DNA of 29,184 bases from a virus (taxonomy: Duplodnaviria; Caudoviricetes). The notes under the pieces are model-generated. The model saw only the letters and a list, made by a program, of their open reading frames with translations. It did no database searches and was not told where the DNA came from. Within the stretch, counting starts at the first letter, position 1. Each line of letters opens with the position of its first letter. Below are positions 26,901 to 29,184 of this stretch, piece after piece. Both the position numbers and the translations under genes were made by a program. The stretch spans positions 1 through 29,184 of IMG/VR virus record IMGVR_UViG_3300037515_000316; one strand, 5' to 3'.

Positions 26901-27468
26901 TTATAAAAAAATTATTTACTCTAGTTAATTCATGTGTATTTAACCAATCTTTTGTTGATTTAATTTTAGTTTCCCAAGGTCTCCAGCAATGTCCATCATG
27001 AAAATAATCTTGTTTTAGTAAAATTTGTTTATAAAAATAACAAAATCTTTTTAATTTATTTTTATATTTACATTTGCCAGTTATTAATAATGGTTCAAAA
27101 AATTTTTCTTCTAAATTTAATTCTGTTATTTTAATTGTAGCAAAAGTTTCATATAAAAATCTTATTAATGATAATACTAAAGCATTCTTTATATTACAAT
27201 TATAAGCTTTAAATGTAAAAGAATTTTCTCCAATAACAATATCTTCTAATTTTAACATATCTGTAATGTAATTTAAATAAGAATCTCTATATTTAAAACT
27301 ACTTTCACAGTTTATATTATGTAATGTTATTTTAGATATTAATTTATTTTCATGAAATAAATCATTAAAACATATTTTTTCATTAAAATTTAAAATATTA
27401 CCATTTTTATAATATATATCATATTTAGTATTTCTTATAGTTCCTCCCCATTCTCTTTCTTTGTACAT
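26893..27468 (-). CDS. hypothetical protein (cargo in the intron 1 P5 loop)
   Basis: 191-aa ORF with no nuclease motif seen. Confidence 0.7.
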   Translation of the reverse strand: MYKEREWGGTIRNTKYDIYYKNGNILNFNEKICFNDLFHENKLISKITLHNINCESSFKYRDSYLNYITDMLKLEDIVIGENSFTFKAYNCNIKNALVLSLIRFLYETFATIKITELNLEEKFFEPLLITGKCKYKNKLKRFCYFYKQILLKQDYFHDGHCWRPWETKIKSTKDWLNTHELTRVNNFFINE

Positions 27469-27469
27469 A

Positions 27470-27769
27470 TCATAAATTTTTAATATACATTTTTAAATCA
27501 CCTAAATTAGGATAACCAACTCTTCTTTCAAAAGTATGTTTCATTTTAAAACCTAATTTTTTAAGATTGTTTTCTAATATATATTCACCTGGACTAACTA
27601 TTGTAAAAACTGCTGTTTGTCCATTTCCTGTTGTATAACCTACTTCAATATTTATTTCTTTTTCTTCTTTTAATTTCTTTAATGCTATTTCTATATGTTC
27701 TATAGGTGTTTCATTATCAATTCTACTTAATTGACATAATGCACAGCAATCTGTTGCAGTTTTAATCAT
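27470..27769 (-). CDS. hypothetical protein (cargo in the intron 1 P5 loop)
   Basis: 99-aa ORF with an A-rich initiation region. Contains CCALC and LKKLGF. Confidence 0.7.
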   Translation of the reverse strand: MIKTATDCCALCQLSRIDNETPIEHIEIALKKLKEEKEINIEVGYTTGNGQTAVFTIVSPGEYILENNLKKLGFKMKHTFERRVGYPNLGDLKMYIKNL

Positions 27770-27802
27770 TTTTTATATTTTTTAAAAGAGTTTCCCCGTT
27801 AA

Positions 27803-28243
27803 TTAATTAATCTTTTTATATTTTTCTTTTTCTTTATTTAAAATAAAATTTTCTTTCCAATTTTCACCTATATAATCATAATTAGTAAAAAATGTTGAAT
27901 GATATTGAAAAGTATCACTATATCCAGTAGGACATTCAATAGTTCCTATTAATACAAATCTTGTTTCTAATATATCTAATATTTTTTTATCAGTTACATG
28001 AACTCCAAATGTTAATTTTCTTGTATTATTTAAAAATTCTTCAATTCTATCTAAACCATCTTGGATACTTTTTTCATCACTTTTATTAAAACAATTTGAT
28101 ATAGTATGTAAATAACAATGTTTACAATTACCAATAGCATTACTATAATAAAATTGCATATAATCACTTACTTTTACTCGATATATTTCATTATTATCAA
28201 TATTTTTTATTTTTTCATCTTTTTTTATTTCTTTTATATTCAT
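27803..28243 (-). CDS. hypothetical protein (cargo between P2/P3 and P4 of intron 1)
   Basis: 146-aa ORF whose stop abuts the P element. Confidence 0.7.
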   Translation of the reverse strand: MNIKEIKKDEKIKNIDNNEIYRVKVSDYMQFYYSNAIGNCKHCYLHTISNCFNKSDEKSIQDGLDRIEEFLNNTRKLTFGVHVTDKKILDILETRFVLIGTIECPTGYSDTFQYHSTFFTNYDYIGENWKENFILNKEKEKYKKIN

Positions 28244-28320
28244 GTTATTAAAAATTAATTAATCCCTATTTCTAGGATTCTGAATTCAATTATATATTAC
28301 TATATAAAGGGGCAAAGTCT

Positions 28321-28485
28321 ACCAATTTTACTATTCGCAGAAATTAAATAATAACGTCCTTGTTCTATACCTGGAAGTTGTTTTTCAAATCTAGGTAATC
28401 CCCAAGGAATACAATTTATTTTACCATTTAATATCCTATTTCTTCTTTCAATTAAATTTTCATATACTCTTTCGTATATACTCAT
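28321..28485 (-). CDS. dnaB: exon 1 of DnaB-like helicase
   Basis: INCIPWGLPRFEKQLPGIEQGRYYLISANSKIG, the standard lead-in to the SF4 Walker A. 55 codons. Confidence 0.9.
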
Positions 28486-28694
28486 TATTTTATAATTTTA
28501 TAATAATTATCTTCATATAATTCTTCAAGATAATCATTTAATAATTCAGGTTTATATTTACCTTTTATTATAAACTTAGTTTTATCTATTCTAAGTCTAT
28601 TTAAACTAGGTATTATAACATTTTTTTCAGTATGATATACTGATTTTTTAAATTCTGATAATGTCATATTTATCAATTTAAATTTGTTGTCCAA
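28485..28694 (-). CDS. hypothetical protein
   Basis: 69-aa ORF with a TAATG overlap onto the helicase start. Confidence 0.6.
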   Translation of the reverse strand: MDNKFKLINMTLSEFKKSVYHTEKNVIIPSLNRLRIDKTKFIIKGKYKPELLNDYLEELYEDNYYKIIK

Positions 28695-29184
28695 TCTTGA
28701 ACACTATTATTATCAATTTCATCTATAAATGCAGATAATCTTGATGTTTCATCCTTATAACTGTCTTGTTTAAATATAAAATAGTCAGCTCTTTGTAAAT
28801 ATCTTAAATTAGCACCTTCTGTGCTTAGATATAAATCAGCTGCTTTTAATATTTCATCAAAACTATATTTAGGATTCTCTTTCATCCACCTGTTTAATTT
28901 CTCTTTACAGGCTTTTTCACTTCCCATAGAACCAGCTTTTAAGCCTTTCCATTTATTTCTAAATTCATATATTCTATCTTCTATTTCTGAAGATATCACA
29001 CGTTTAGATTTTTTTATATTTTTTATTCCTGTATTAAAAGAAATATCACTTTCAATGCTTAAAAATTCTATTAATTTTATTGCTTTTTCTCTTAAATATA
29101 TTTTATTTTCTATTTGTTTTATAAATAGATTATCTTTAAGTTTTTCTAAATCAATCATATCTTGTACTAAGTATATAGTTTCAT
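28673..29184 (-). CDS. hypothetical protein upstream of the helicase, possibly replication-related (probably 5' partial)
   Basis: The frame stays open from the ATG at 29158 to the window edge. YLQRADYFIFK...SRL C-terminal motif. The function is guessed from position. Confidence 0.6.
   Translation of the reverse strand, partial: ETIYLVQDMIDLEKLKDNLFIKQIENKIYLREKAIKLIEFLSIESDISFNTGIKNIKKSKRVISSEIEDRIYEFRNKWKGLKAGSMGSEKACKEKLNRWMKENPKYSFDEILKAADLYLSTEGANLRYLQRADYFIFKQDSYKDETSRLSAFIDEIDNNSVQDWTTNLN

Larger units (their letters stand above)
25843..28320 (-). mobile_element. expanded group I intron 1 (2478 nt) of the helicase gene, containing five ORFs
   Basis: 5' site GGT|AGACTTTGCC (P1 U.G), P2 hairpin, P4 ACGGGG (27799-27794), Q AATCCCGTGCCGT (26885-26873), R ACGGTGTAGAGACTA (26734-26720), 12-bp P8, S in two pieces, P9 CTATATG-GTGA-CATATAG, end TAACAAAATTG| at 25843. 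Confidence 0.85.

Noticed and set aside
24619-28320. Inteins as the explanation for LAGLIDADG domains in the helicase
   Set aside because: The endonucleases are separate ORFs with their own starts and stops, there are no Cys...His-Asn splice motifs, and group I RNA elements are present.
1-29184. Stop-codon reassignment, as in some crAss-like phages
   Set aside because: Long conserved genes are intact in the standard code, TAA, TAG and TGA all end genes, and the gene breaks are explained by introns.
1-29184. CRISPR array, diversity-generating retroelement or IS element
   Set aside because: No regularly spaced repeats, reverse transcriptase or transposase were seen.

Overview
Very AT-rich dsDNA phage segment whose gene content and order fit a crAss-like (Crassvirales-type) phage of Bacteroidetes. 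The host assignment is inferred from three TTTG-N20-TAnnTTTG promoters. The window starts with the 3' end of a large + strand gene (probably a virion/ejection protein) and a bidirectional terminator. The rest is a ~28 kb - strand replication and metabolism block: DnaB-like helicase, dATP/dGTP diphosphohydrolase-like, receiver-like and HD proteins, two metallophosphoesterases, AAA ATPase, SSB, primase, a six-gene peptide ligase/amidotransferase cluster, UDG, resolvase-like and PD-(D/E)XK nucleases, dUTPase and class II RNR. Reading the - strand by hand reveals four group I introns whose removal restores conserved protein motifs: one in a class I glutamine amidotransferase, one in the AAA ATPase and two in the helicase. 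The most unusual element is helicase intron 1 (25843-28320, 2478 nt). Its ribozyme core is scattered around five ORFs: four are not nucleases, one of those is overprinted on the catalytic core, and a LAGLIDADG gene splits the P7 3' strand. Helicase intron 2 carries a 74-nt tRNA-like cloverleaf on a peripheral stem. An internally deleted thymidylate-synthase-like remnant and a UDG with altered specificity residues are also present. All RNA structures were paired by eye and all protein families were assigned from motifs, with no database searches.
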